The notes under the pieces: model-generated | Told to the model about the DNA's origin: nothing | The model's input: the letters and a program-made list of their open reading frames with translations, nothing else | Databases searched by the model: none | Program-made: the position numbers and the translations under genes | Assembly (NCBI GenBank): GCA_965204375.1 | Contig: OZ241986.1 | Location: 1,344,001 to 1,408,000 of the forward strand | Direction of reading: 5' to 3' | From: Candidatus Latescibacterota bacterium | Lineage (GTDB): Bacteria; Latescibacterota; UBA2968 | Length of the DNA: 64,000 nt | Part shown: piece by piece, positions 30,100 to 40,059 of the stretch | How positions within the stretch are numbered: position 1 is the stretch's first letter | Layout of the letters: each line of letters starts with the position of its first letter

Positions 30100-31530
30100 T
30101 TATGCGACGCCCCAGCCAGGATACTTATCCGGATCAGCGAATTCCTGTCCCAATTCCAAGAAGCCGCGGGGACCACGCCTACCGTATTCAAATGGGTCTT
30201 TTGTACCTTCCATCCAACGATGCAATCTCTCTTCCATTTCTTGAAGTGCTGGCCGCGCTTCAGCAGAATTCGCCAAGTTAACCATCTCGAGCGGATCTTC
30301 CTGCCGGTCAAACAGCCAGGGGCCTCGCTCATTCGCAAACCAACGCGCATACGTATAGCGTTCGGTGCGCACACCGCGCCAGCGCCCAACCCAACCGTCG
30401 CGATTGGGCCAACCGTGTGCCATATTCTGTAAATAGACAGACTCCGATCCGCCAGGAGTTAACTCCGTATCCGCAGGTGCTTCGCCGCCCCGCCACACGC
30501 TCGAAATATCTCGCCCTTGCAGACCTTCTGGTAGCGGCACGCCACAAGCACCAAGCAATGTGGGTACAATATCAATCGCACCAAAGAAAGCATCCGTTCG
30601 TGTACCAGCTTCAATAGCATCAGGCCAGCGCACCACAAACGGCACATGGCAAGATTCTTCATAAGGTGTTGCTTTTGAAGCCCGCATTGACTCGTCCAAC
30701 CAGCGACTGCTGGGTTTGCCATACCCATGGCTTGAGAGGTGATCTCCATGATCTGACGTATAACAGACAATAGTATTGTCCTTGACCCCCAGGCGATCCA
30801 GAGCTTCCAACAATCGCCCCATCTCTGCATCAAGTCCTGTACAACACCCGTAATAGTCTGCGAGTTCCTCATGTGCCCAGGCTTTCATCTCGTCTGGTAC
30901 ATTGCCCGGCACATCCATGTCCGCAGGATCGTAAATATTATATTCGTCGGGATACTGCTTATATGGCCAGTGAGGAGGTCGCCAGGACACAAAGACGGCA
31001 AATGGATCGTCTGTTCGAGCATTCAGGTGTTTTTCAATAAATTGAATAGCCAAATCCGTTTCGTTCGTTGGTGCCCAGCCTCCGTAAAAATTCGGGCCTT
31101 CATCGTTTTCGTAATAGGTTCTATCGAAGTAGGCACCCCGCCCTCTCCCGCCTGCCAGTGCCGCGAGATAATCCAGCCCGTACCGATTGTCGTCGCCGTA
31201 CGGCCCTTTACCCAGATGCCAGGTCCCCACGTGCGCAGTGCCATACCCATGCTCGCGCAAAGTGCCAGGTAAGGTCGGGATATCTCGTCGCGGACTGTAC
31301 TCATTATCAATTACCAAATTTTGCCAACCATACCGACCGGTTAACAAAATCGCTCGATATGGCGAACACAGCGGGTGGTTGGAAAACATATTGTCACACA
31401 CCATTCCTTCAGTTGCCATCGCATCTAAAACAGGCGTTTGGATTATGTCATTGCCATTCGCACCCAGTGCGCTATAACGCTGCTGATCAGAAAATACGAA
31501 CAGAATATTTGGGCGTTTCTCATTACTCAT
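30100..31530 (-). CDS. Cys-type sulfatase
   Basis: NILFVFSDQQR, CSPYRAILLTG (CxPxR), TSDHG. Confidence 0.92.
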   Translation of the reverse strand: MSNEKRPNILFVFSDQQRYSALGANGNDIIQTPVLDAMATEGMVCDNMFSNHPLCSPYRAILLTGRYGWQNLVIDNEYSPRRDIPTLPGTLREHGYGTAHVGTWHLGKGPYGDDNRYGLDYLAALAGGRGRGAYFDRTYYENDEGPNFYGGWAPTNETDLAIQFIEKHLNARTDDPFAVFVSWRPPHWPYKQYPDEYNIYDPADMDVPGNVPDEMKAWAHEELADYYGCCTGLDAEMGRLLEALDRLGVKDNTIVCYTSDHGDHLSSHGYGKPSSRWLDESMRASKATPYEESCHVPFVVRWPDAIEAGTRTDAFFGAIDIVPTLLGACGVPLPEGLQGRDISSVWRGGEAPADTELTPGGSESVYLQNMAHGWPNRDGWVGRWRGVRTERYTYARWFANERGPWLFDRQEDPLEMVNLANSAEARPALQEMEERLHRWMEGTKDPFEYGRRGPRGFLELGQEFADPDKYPGWGVA

Positions 31531-31549
31531 GGGAATTCCTTTCATCTGG

Positions 31550-34387
31550 TTACAGAAGGGTTTTGAGCAGGTTGCTCAGTAAACGATCCGCTACTGGATC
31601 AGTGCCCAGGTTTTCGACAATGCGATGTGTGCACAGGACATATTTGCCATTGCCGTGGGTGATTTGTGTGAGGTCAGCGCCGTGAAAGGCTTCGGTGACG
31701 CCGATGTAGTTCTGTTTGTGTTTGAGGCCCGCATACCAGTCGTAGGTGATGTTGCCGCCGATCCAGTCTGTTTTTGGTTCTACAATGGACCATTGGGAGG
31801 AGATGTTTTGATATTCTTGCCCCATCAGGCAATTTGAGGGCAAGCCATCGTAGAAGGGGTGGTTTTTGACAACATGACTACAGGGCGTCCATAATCCCTT
31901 GCCGGAGTAGAGTGATAGTGGAAATGGGAAAAAGGTGTCTTTGTCGATGTGGCGATGCATGCGGCTTTTTCCCGGCTCCATTTTGAGAAGGTGCATGGCT
32001 GGCAGGTTGAGGAAGAGTGCTGTGCCGCCGTTTGCAACCCATGTGGCGAGATCGGCGAAGCGGGTATCGGGTTTGCCGTTCCAGCCCTGGAGATTGACAA
32101 GTAAGAGCTGGTCTGTGGGTGTTTGAGTGGAGAAGTCGGTGGTGTTGGAAAGGTATCTGCTGAGTGCGCCGTTGAGGTCGATTGTCGATATGGATACATC
32201 TGGAATGGCGGATTTGCTTTTGTCGAGGACGTAGATGCTGGATTGATTTTTGATGGGGTCTGTATCGCCAGATGTGAATGTCAGTTCGATCTGACACGGG
32301 CCTTCGACGCCACGGGTGTTGATTTCGTAAGTCGCCAGGTCTGTGATGCCATTGGGTATTGTTATTTGTTCGTTTATGTCGAGAAGACTCTGTCCGTCGT
32401 TTGTGGTGACGCGAAGGGAGAGTGTGCCCGATAGACCGTTTTTGTCATTGACGACGGTGAGCAAGATTTCAACGGATTCGCCTGCATAGACATTTTGTTT
32501 GCCGGGGCGAATGGCGACATAACGGTCGGCGAATACTTCTTTGATGGCGTAATAGGGCTTTTTGGGATTGCGGAAGTTGTCGATTAAGCCAGCACCGATG
32601 ACCCAATCGCCATCATTGAGCGCGTGGATGCCGATACCTGCGATGTCGGGATTGATGCGACAGGCTTCGGTCATGAGTTTGTTGCCGATGTAGTGGATTT
32701 CCTGGCAAGCTTGTACAAAGGCGTGGAAGTTGGGAAAGATTTGATCTGTTCCGGTTTCGCGGAAGACCGAGAGGTACGAATTGAGCAGGCGTTCGTGCAT
32801 GCGGTAATCCGGTGTGATGGGATTGCCCTCTTTTTTGTACTGTTCAAAATTTGTTTCGAGATCTGGGATACTGCCATACCCGAGTTCTGAGATATTGGTG
32901 AGCAAGTCGGGTTTGATTTTGCTGTTGGTAAACTGGGCGAGTTCTAATCCCAGTTCTTTGAGTTGCGCCTCGGTTTTACCCAACGCGAGCAAATTGTCGT
33001 AACTGCTTTGGGGAAAGGGCGTACCGGGATAGTTGTGTACATCGTTAATGACAATGGGCTCGTAGGATCCGGGAAGGTAAACGCTGCATCCATCGGCAAA
33101 CCCGCCGGCTTCATCGATGATCATGCGGGTGTGGTCGCATTCACGCGCTTTTAAGGATACGCTGTGTTTGAGGCGTTTGAGGCCGTCGCGCGTGATTTCA
33201 TTAAACATTTCCCAGATGACGATGGAGGGGTGGTTGCGGTCGCGTTTGACCATTTCTGTGGCTTCATTTTCGATGCGCTGTTGAGTATATGGGGTGATTT
33301 GGGGCCAGTTGTCCATGCATTCGACGGGGAGCGCGCCTACAAATAGGACGCCCATTTCGTCTGCGAGATCATAGACGATTGGCGGTTGGGGTTTGCGCCA
33401 CGGGCGGATCATGTTGATGTTGCCGTCTTTGATAAGCTGAAATTCTTTTTTTAGAAGATTGAGGTCGCGTGGGTATGCGAGGGAGTGTGGATAGAAGGCT
33501 TCGTTGAAGGTGGTTTTGAGGATGATTTTTTCGCCGTTTAAGTAGAAGTTTTTGCCTTTGGCTGTAAATTCCCGGAAGCCAAAGCGCGTTTTTTCGCTAT
33601 CAGAGGTTTCGTCCTCGAGGGCGACTGTGGTGGTGACGACGTAGAGATTGGGGTCGTCGAGTTGCCAGAGTTTGTGGTTTGCGATGACGAATATTTCTTC
33701 GCGGTGGCTTGTACCGGGATTCAGGTTGATCGTTTCTTGTCCAGAGGCGACCTGTGTGTCACTTTTGTATTCGGTGATTGACCATGTGATGGTCACGGAT
33801 TGTGTTCTCATATCCCGATTTTGAAATGTGTTGGCTATGCTGACTTCGCCCGTGTGGATGTCAGATGTAACGAATGTGTCGTCAACGTACACAGGACCCG
33901 TAGCGATGAGGGATACCGATTGCCAAATGCCACCGGCGATTGCACCGCGCCAGTGTGGCATGTCATCGCGGCCTATGCCATCGATGACTACGTCGCGGAG
34001 GATGAGGGGCGTGATGACGCGAACGACGATGAAGTTTTCGCCTTCGGTTAAGAGGTCGTCGATCAGGATTTCAAAGCCGATATATCCGCCTTCGTGTGCG
34101 CCAGCGGCTTCGCCATTGACCCATATTTCTGCGCGATAGTTGACAGCTTCAAAATTCAGGCGGATAGTTTTGTTTTGCCAGTCATCTGGAAGTGTAAATG
34201 TTTTGCCGTACCAGGCAACGCCTTCGTAATCTTGTTTGAATTCTTCAAGGCATGCGGGAACGGTTATTTGCTCTAAGTCTTCGCAGGCGTAGAAATTTTC
34301 GCGATGTTGTAAGTTGAGTGTGCGGCCCTTGTTGTCGTGATCGTAGATGACTTGCCAGGTTCCGTCGAGCGAGTGGGTTTGTTTCAT
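31550..34387 (-). CDS. Glycoside hydrolase family 2 (beta-galactosidase/glucuronidase-like)
   Basis: YEGVAWY, HEGGY, FGFREF, RDRNHPSIVIWEMFNE (acid/base), ISELG (nucleophile). Confidence 0.9.
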   Translation of the reverse strand: MKQTHSLDGTWQVIYDHDNKGRTLNLQHRENFYACEDLEQITVPACLEEFKQDYEGVAWYGKTFTLPDDWQNKTIRLNFEAVNYRAEIWVNGEAAGAHEGGYIGFEILIDDLLTEGENFIVVRVITPLILRDVVIDGIGRDDMPHWRGAIAGGIWQSVSLIATGPVYVDDTFVTSDIHTGEVSIANTFQNRDMRTQSVTITWSITEYKSDTQVASGQETINLNPGTSHREEIFVIANHKLWQLDDPNLYVVTTTVALEDETSDSEKTRFGFREFTAKGKNFYLNGEKIILKTTFNEAFYPHSLAYPRDLNLLKKEFQLIKDGNINMIRPWRKPQPPIVYDLADEMGVLFVGALPVECMDNWPQITPYTQQRIENEATEMVKRDRNHPSIVIWEMFNEITRDGLKRLKHSVSLKARECDHTRMIIDEAGGFADGCSVYLPGSYEPIVINDVHNYPGTPFPQSSYDNLLALGKTEAQLKELGLELAQFTNSKIKPDLLTNISELGYGSIPDLETNFEQYKKEGNPITPDYRMHERLLNSYLSVFRETGTDQIFPNFHAFVQACQEIHYIGNKLMTEACRINPDIAGIGIHALNDGDWVIGAGLIDNFRNPKKPYYAIKEVFADRYVAIRPGKQNVYAGESVEILLTVVNDKNGLSGTLSLRVTTNDGQSLLDINEQITIPNGITDLATYEINTRGVEGPCQIELTFTSGDTDPIKNQSSIYVLDKSKSAIPDVSISTIDLNGALSRYLSNTTDFSTQTPTDQLLLVNLQGWNGKPDTRFADLATWVANGGTALFLNLPAMHLLKMEPGKSRMHRHIDKDTFFPFPLSLYSGKGLWTPCSHVVKNHPFYDGLPSNCLMGQEYQNISSQWSIVEPKTDWIGGNITYDWYAGLKHKQNYIGVTEAFHGADLTQITHGNGKYVLCTHRIVENLGTDPVADRLLSNLLKTLL

Positions 34388-34423
34388 GTGTTGAAAGGTT
34401 CCTTTTCTATAAGAGTTCACGGG

Positions 34424-35425
34424 CTAACGCGGCCGAAACCGGTTTATTGCATCGTCTGCCCGCGCGTGATTTGCATCCATCGTGCGCCCGGCATTGTGCG
34501 GCGTGTGGACCACATTGTGGCGGCCAAGCAGTGGAGAATCCAGACGCACCGGTTCAATGTCCCAGACGTCTGCGGCCAGGGCGAGTTCGTCATTGAGGAC
34601 CCGTTGATACAATGTTTCGGTGTCGCAGATCGCTGCGCGTGTCACCAGAACGACGAGCGATTGATGCGGCAATGTGCGAATGGCCTCCGGGCCAACCAGC
34701 CCACGCGTATCGTCCTTCAGGGGTACCATCGGTGCAAAAATATCGGCATCTTTCACGAGTTCTGAGAGTTCGAAGCATCGCCTGACACCGGCGAGCGTAA
34801 ACGATGCCTCTGGAGCAAATGGATCCCAGACAGCCACATCTGCTCCCATATTCGAACACCACGAAGCGTACCGTCCTCCAATGTTACCAATGCCAACGAC
34901 GCGTACTCGCTTCCCTGCAATGGTGCCGCTCATAAAGCGTGGGTCGTCGCCAAATTGGGCACCCCTTTGTCCGGGTTTGCCAACGTCCGGTTTGTATTTC
35001 CAGGTCTCGTGGCTCTCCATCATTGCCACGTAGGTCTGCGGTATCCGTCGCAATGCACTTATTGTGAGCCCGAGTGCAAATTCAGCAACCGTTTGTCCCC
35101 ATTGAATGGTACCACGAGGGCGAATTATGTCCACCCCACGGGCATGTGCGCTATCGAGGCCAGCGTTTGATTGGCCTGCTGCATCGTGGTAGAGTTCCTC
35201 AAGACCAGAAAATGGCTCGAGATCCTCAGTGTCCGCCGGAAGGCCAAGGAGGACGAGCCGATGTACCGATGAAGGATTCTCCACCATCTGTGGCGCTCGG
35301 GCCCCTTTTGCCTCGGTGCGATAGAGTTCGCACGCTCCCGATTCCTGCCAGCGGCGGTGCCAGTAGTCGGCAGTAAAGGGCCAGGAGGCGTCAAAGCGTT
35401 CGTGAACACAGATTACTGATCTCAT
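34424..35425 (-). CDS. D-isomer-specific 2-hydroxyacid dehydrogenase family protein
   Basis: VAEFALGL, GIGNIG, ADVWDIEP, TPHNAG. Confidence 0.88.
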   Translation of the reverse strand: MRSVICVHERFDASWPFTADYWHRRWQESGACELYRTEAKGARAPQMVENPSSVHRLVLLGLPADTEDLEPFSGLEELYHDAAGQSNAGLDSAHARGVDIIRPRGTIQWGQTVAEFALGLTISALRRIPQTYVAMMESHETWKYKPDVGKPGQRGAQFGDDPRFMSGTIAGKRVRVVGIGNIGGRYASWCSNMGADVAVWDPFAPEASFTLAGVRRCFELSELVKDADIFAPMVPLKDDTRGLVGPEAIRTLPHQSLVVLVTRAAICDTETLYQRVLNDELALAADVWDIEPVRLDSPLLGRHNVVHTPHNAGRTMDANHARADDAINRFRPR

Positions 35426-35464
35426 TATCTTCTCCTTTCGTTAGCAGATTGAGTAATAAAACGC

Positions 35465-35501
35465 AATTTAGCTTACAAATGTATTTAAATCAAGTTTTCA
35501 A
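35465..35501 (-). promoter_or_regulatory. Repeat copy 3 (33/37 identical), sigma70-like promoter facing the dehydrogenase-GH2-sulfatase operon
   Basis: AATTTAGCTTACAAATGTATTTAAATCAAGTTTTCAA; all 4 substitutions fall in the 17-bp spacer, and -35/-10 are unchanged. Confidence 0.7.
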
Positions 35502-35615
35502 GGATGTTACCGATTATTTGTTCTGAGCATTCTCCTTGACACTTCCACTTGAACATCGTAGATAAGACCGGTAAATCGAATGCAGGCAAAGGGCTATAAG
35601 ATAGGAGGAGGGATT

Positions 35616-37001
35616 ATGGCGCCCAATATTGTTTTGTTTCTTACGGATCAGTTGAGACGCGATGCGTTGGGATGTTATGGCAATGAGATTTGTCAGACGC
35701 CGAATCTGGATCAACTCGCAGAGGAGGGTGTGCGATTTGATCAGGCATATACCACAAGTCCTGTTTGTTCACCCGCGCGCGCTTCTTTGATGAGCGGCCT
35801 TTATCCGCACAATCACGGGGTGATGCTCAATACGCATATCGCGCCTGCGTGGAGCAGGGGATTGTCAACAGATGTGCCGACGTTTAGCCGTTTGCTCAAA
35901 GAGGCGGGGTATGTGCTGGATTATGCGGGGAAGTGGCATGTCCATCAAGATATTGGACCTGAGGAATACGGCTTTGATCGACATAAGATGGGGAGGGGAG
36001 GGCGCGGGAAAATAGTCCCTGGTACAGAATTGATGGTTGAGTTTCCCGGAAGTTCTTTTCCTGTGGCGGGTACAGGTGAGATGTCGCCAGAAGAATACAA
36101 AACGTGGATGGTGACGGATTGTGGGATCGAAATGTTGCGCGAGCGGGCAGAAGGGGATAAGCCGTTTTTTTTGCGAATTGATGCGACAGCACCTCATTTT
36201 GCCAATATTGTTCCGGAGCCTTATGCGTCGATGTACGATCCTGAATCCATTCCGCCCTGGCCAAATTTTGACGAGTCCTTTGAAGGCAAACCCGCGGCTC
36301 ATTTGCGCAAACATCGAGAATGGAATCTTCAAGATAAAGATTGGGCGTGGTGGCGACAGGTGGTTGCCAAATATTACGGCGATGTGTCTCTGATTGATAC
36401 ATGCGTGGGGCGCGTGTTGGATGAGATACGGAAATGTGGGATTGAGGATAATACGATATTTCTTTTTAGTACAGATCACGGCGATGCCACGGGCAGTCAC
36501 AAGCATTTTGAAAAATCCGGTACAATGTACGATGAGGTGTTTCGGGTCCCATTGCTGATGAAAGTGCCGGGGGGCGTAAGTCGCAATGTATCGCAATTTG
36601 TTCGGCTGATGGATTTGATGCCTACATTTGTCGAATGGGGGGGCGGGAAATTGCCCGAGGGACTGGATGCGAGGAGTTTGGTGCCGCTTGTGAATGGCGA
36701 TGATCCCGATGATTGGGCAGATAGTGTGTATTGCGAAAGCCACGGTGAGGTGTGGGGCTATAGCTCGCAGCGAATGGTTCGGACGGAGAAATGGAAATAC
36801 GTATATACGCCTCACGATCTGGATGAGTTATACGATCTCGAAGCCGATCCTGCGGAGATGAATAATCGGATTGATGATCCGATGTGTACCGATGTGTTAG
36901 AGAATATGAAGGGGCGTTTGTTGGGGTGGAATGACGCGACTAATGATATGTTCCAATGGCATTGGGTAAGATTTAATTTCCCAGAGCCGATTGCGCCATA
37001 A
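35616..37001 (+). CDS. Cys-type sulfatase
   Basis: AGGAGG RBS; TDQLR, CSPARASLMSG, GKWH, STDHG, ELYDL. Confidence 0.93.
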   Translation: MAPNIVLFLTDQLRRDALGCYGNEICQTPNLDQLAEEGVRFDQAYTTSPVCSPARASLMSGLYPHNHGVMLNTHIAPAWSRGLSTDVPTFSRLLKEAGYVLDYAGKWHVHQDIGPEEYGFDRHKMGRGGRGKIVPGTELMVEFPGSSFPVAGTGEMSPEEYKTWMVTDCGIEMLRERAEGDKPFFLRIDATAPHFANIVPEPYASMYDPESIPPWPNFDESFEGKPAAHLRKHREWNLQDKDWAWWRQVVAKYYGDVSLIDTCVGRVLDEIRKCGIEDNTIFLFSTDHGDATGSHKHFEKSGTMYDEVFRVPLLMKVPGGVSRNVSQFVRLMDLMPTFVEWGGGKLPEGLDARSLVPLVNGDDPDDWADSVYCESHGEVWGYSSQRMVRTEKWKYVYTPHDLDELYDLEADPAEMNNRIDDPMCTDVLENMKGRLLGWNDATNDMFQWHWVRFNFPEPIAP

Positions 37002-37024
37002 ATAATGGAAAACAAAGGTAAGGC

Positions 37025-37954
37025 ATGGAATATCGCGAGTTGGGAAAAACGGGTTTGAAAGTCTCTGTGCTGAGTTATGGGGCATCTGGTTTGGGCAGTA
37101 TTTATGGAACGCCCGCTGAAGCTCGGGGAATCAAAGCTGTGCATACAGCTATTGACTGCGGGATCAATTTGATTGATACCTCGCCGCTTTACGGTGGAAC
37201 AAAATCGGAAAGCGTGCTGGGGAAGGCTTTGAAAGAGATTCCGCGAGATAAATATTATCTGGCAACCAAAGTTGGGCGTTATGCCGGTGGGGTGTCCGAT
37301 TTTTCAGCCGGACGAATCGTGGAAAGTATGGATGAGAGTCTTATGCGATTGGGGCTGGATTATGTGGATATTTTCCAGTGTCACGATATCGATTTTGTCT
37401 CGCTGGACCAGGTCGTAGAAGAAGCTCTTCCCGCTTTGCGACGGTTGCAGGAGCAGGGGAAGACCAGGTTTGTGGGCATCACCGGATTTCCGTTAAAAGT
37501 CTATCGATATGTGCTCGATCGGACGGATGTGGATACGGTGCTGTCGTTTTGCCACTATATGCTACATGATACGTCCTTTGAAATGCTGGTGCCTTATTTA
37601 AGGAAAAAGGGGGTGGGGATGATCAATGCTTCACCTTTGGGGATGGGACTGTTCACTGAGCGCGGACCAGCGCCAGGTCACCCCGCTACCGAAAAGATCA
37701 AGCGGGTTTGTGCAAAGGCTGTGGCGTCTTGTAAACAGAAAGGCGAAAATATTTCTAAGCTGGCTATGCAATTTGGATTGGCCAATCCAGATTTTGCAAC
37801 GACGCTGGTCGGTACAACACGGCCTGAACATTTGAAAGAGAATATCGAGTGGTTAGAATCGCCGATTAATGAAGTATTGCTTGCTGAGGTGCTTGAGGTC
37901 CTGAAGCCGATACAGAACACAACCTGGGTGCGTGGACTGCCTGAGAACAATTGA
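37025..37954 (+). CDS. Aldo/keto reductase (L-galactose/sugar dehydrogenase-like)
   Basis: LGKTGLKVS, DTSPLYG, ATKVGRY, FQCHD, NASPL. Confidence 0.9.
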   Translation: MEYRELGKTGLKVSVLSYGASGLGSIYGTPAEARGIKAVHTAIDCGINLIDTSPLYGGTKSESVLGKALKEIPRDKYYLATKVGRYAGGVSDFSAGRIVESMDESLMRLGLDYVDIFQCHDIDFVSLDQVVEEALPALRRLQEQGKTRFVGITGFPLKVYRYVLDRTDVDTVLSFCHYMLHDTSFEMLVPYLRKKGVGMINASPLGMGLFTERGPAPGHPATEKIKRVCAKAVASCKQKGENISKLAMQFGLANPDFATTLVGTTRPEHLKENIEWLESPINEVLLAEVLEVLKPIQNTTWVRGLPENN

Positions 37955-37967
37955 AATACAGGCTGAT

Positions 37968-39065
37968 CTATACTGCGTATTGTTTCACTGCCTCGGGATC
38001 CAATTCCAGACCCAGACCTGGCTTGTCGGGATTGGGCGACCAGACACCATTGACCGGCTCGGAAAATTCTGTGTAGGTTATCCGGTCGGCTTCTTCCACC
38101 ATGCCGAGGTATTCCACTATTCGCAGATTTGGAGTCGCACAAGATAGGTGCAGGTGGATGAGTTGGTAGGCGTGTGGCGCAACGGGCAGGTTGAAGGCGT
38201 GGGCAAGGTGCGCTACTTTCATCCATTCGGTGATGCCGCCGACCCGGCCCACATCGGGTTGGACGATATCCGCTCCGCCCCGGGCGATGAGGTCTTTAAA
38301 GCCGTATTTGGTGTACTCGTGTTCGCCAGTTGCGATGGGAATCGCGGTGGCGCGAGCAATGGCGGCCAGGCCTTCGATGTCATCGGCCAGTACGGGTTCT
38401 TCAAACCAGCCGATGTTGTATTCCTCAAACGCCTGGGCCATGCGAATGGCTTGCTTGGCGTAGTACCCATTATTTGCATCAACGAGAATCTCTACGTCAT
38501 CGCCCAGTGCTTTCCGCACCGCAGATAGTCGCGCAATATCTTCACCTTCACTTCGGCCAAAATCTTTGCCGACCTTCATCTTGACGGACTTCATGCCGCG
38601 TTCTACATAGCTGGCCTGTTCGGCAATTAATTCATCTACGCTGAAGTGAGTCCAACCGCCACTACCGTAAACCGGGACGGTGTCCGTATAAGGACCGAGC
38701 AGTTTGTAGAGGGGGGTTTGATAATATTTGGCTTTCAGGTCCCACAGGGCAATATCGACTGCTGAAAGGGCACAAAAGGCCAGGCCCTTGCGACCCACAC
38801 CGCGTATGCGCCAGAACATGTCGTCCCACAATTGTTCGATATTAAGTGGGTCCTGACCCATTAGAATGGGTTTGAGCGACCCTTCAATGATCTCACGGGC
38901 GGCCCGGGCGCCTCCTCCAGTGCCCAACCCTTCTAATCCCTCATCGGTAATGATGTGGACAAAGCACTGCGTTCTGCCCTGTTCAAGGTGGCGAATGGTG
39001 GCGTCCTGGATGCCTTTTAGATGGGGCATTGACAGGACGGTTGTTTTTACATCTGTGATTTGCAC
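37968..39065 (-). CDS. Mandelate racemase/muconate lactonizing enzyme family protein
   Basis: GTG start; ALWDLKAK, YGSGG, KMK, VDAN, WFEEP, TGEH, QPD, APH. Confidence 0.92.
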   Translation of the reverse strand: MQITDVKTTVLSMPHLKGIQDATIRHLEQGRTQCFVHIITDEGLEGLGTGGGARAAREIIEGSLKPILMGQDPLNIEQLWDDMFWRIRGVGRKGLAFCALSAVDIALWDLKAKYYQTPLYKLLGPYTDTVPVYGSGGWTHFSVDELIAEQASYVERGMKSVKMKVGKDFGRSEGEDIARLSAVRKALGDDVEILVDANNGYYAKQAIRMAQAFEEYNIGWFEEPVLADDIEGLAAIARATAIPIATGEHEYTKYGFKDLIARGGADIVQPDVGRVGGITEWMKVAHLAHAFNLPVAPHAYQLIHLHLSCATPNLRIVEYLGMVEEADRITYTEFSEPVNGVWSPNPDKPGLGLELDPEAVKQYAV

Positions 39066-39258
39066 GGTGACGCTCTCCTGAAGGATGTTATGTTATTATG
39101 ATCTGCTGCATCTGTTTAGACCAGAAGATGCCAACCCGTGTTCCCCGATACTCTGGAAAGGTTGGGGGCGATCCGGTTTAGAGTAGATCTGACGAATGCC
39201 CTTGACAGAAGAGTATGCTTTTCAAATCATATTAAAGAAAAGAGGAGGACAAAATAGA

Positions 39259-40059
39259 ATGAATGATACAGCTAATCTACATTGGTCTTTCAATCACGAT
39301 AGAGCGGGGCAGGGGCAGTCTCCAGATTTCGCGCAACAGTTCTGCTCTCTGGTAGAGGGGACGCTGGCAACGACTGTCTCCGGGGATCGCGGAGGCGAAG
39401 TCACCCGCTATACGATTCTCCCCAACTTCAGGCGCGGCTATAAAGGCCCGGCAGACGGCGATGACCTGTCCGTGGGCGAGGTGGTGATCCGCCGGACGGT
39501 CGGAGGTGAGAATCGCTTGCACTATTCTGTTGTGTATCGAAACGCTGCGAGTGGAGAACTTATGGATATGCAATTTACATCCAATAGAGATGCATTTCGC
39601 ACGTTGACCGGCACCTGGTCCGTGCAAGTAGAGAACTGCGCTGGAGACGGTTACAAGAAATTTTCCTGTGACGGCCGTCTTGAGGAGGACGGCTCTGTTT
39701 TCCTTACAACTAACGGACTGGATTTGCGGGCGGGTTCGGCTGACCTATCGGCACCACTGACCTGTAACTGGACGCTGTTTGACGTGATTCCTGCGCTTGC
39801 AGATGATCTGTGGGATTCTGGCGAGGTACAGTGCCTGACGATCCTGGAGGATCTCGAGAAAGTCCGAAACAACGGGCAAGTTCGTTTTCTCGAGTCGTAC
39901 GATTTGCAGTTGGATAGCGATTCGGTTGCACTTACGGGATACGCCCTTATTGCAGAAGGGATGACGCCTTCTTATTGGTGGCTGGATGCACATGGAAGAG
40001 TGCTTATCGCGGCCACTCTGTATCAAACCTTAATCCTGACAGGAGGCGAAAATGCCTGA
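39259..40059 (+). CDS. Hypothetical protein
   Basis: GAGGAGG RBS; stop overlaps the start of the next sulfatase, suggesting translational coupling. Confidence 0.65.
   Translation: MNDTANLHWSFNHDRAGQGQSPDFAQQFCSLVEGTLATTVSGDRGGEVTRYTILPNFRRGYKGPADGDDLSVGEVVIRRTVGGENRLHYSVVYRNAASGELMDMQFTSNRDAFRTLTGTWSVQVENCAGDGYKKFSCDGRLEEDGSVFLTTNGLDLRAGSADLSAPLTCNWTLFDVIPALADDLWDSGEVQCLTILEDLEKVRNNGQVRFLESYDLQLDSDSVALTGYALIAEGMTPSYWWLDAHGRVLIAATLYQTLILTGGENA

Noticed and set aside
20428-35501. 41-bp repeats as a CRISPR array
   Set aside because: Copies are 3.4 and 11.6 kb apart with whole genes between them; no spacer periodicity and no cas genes.
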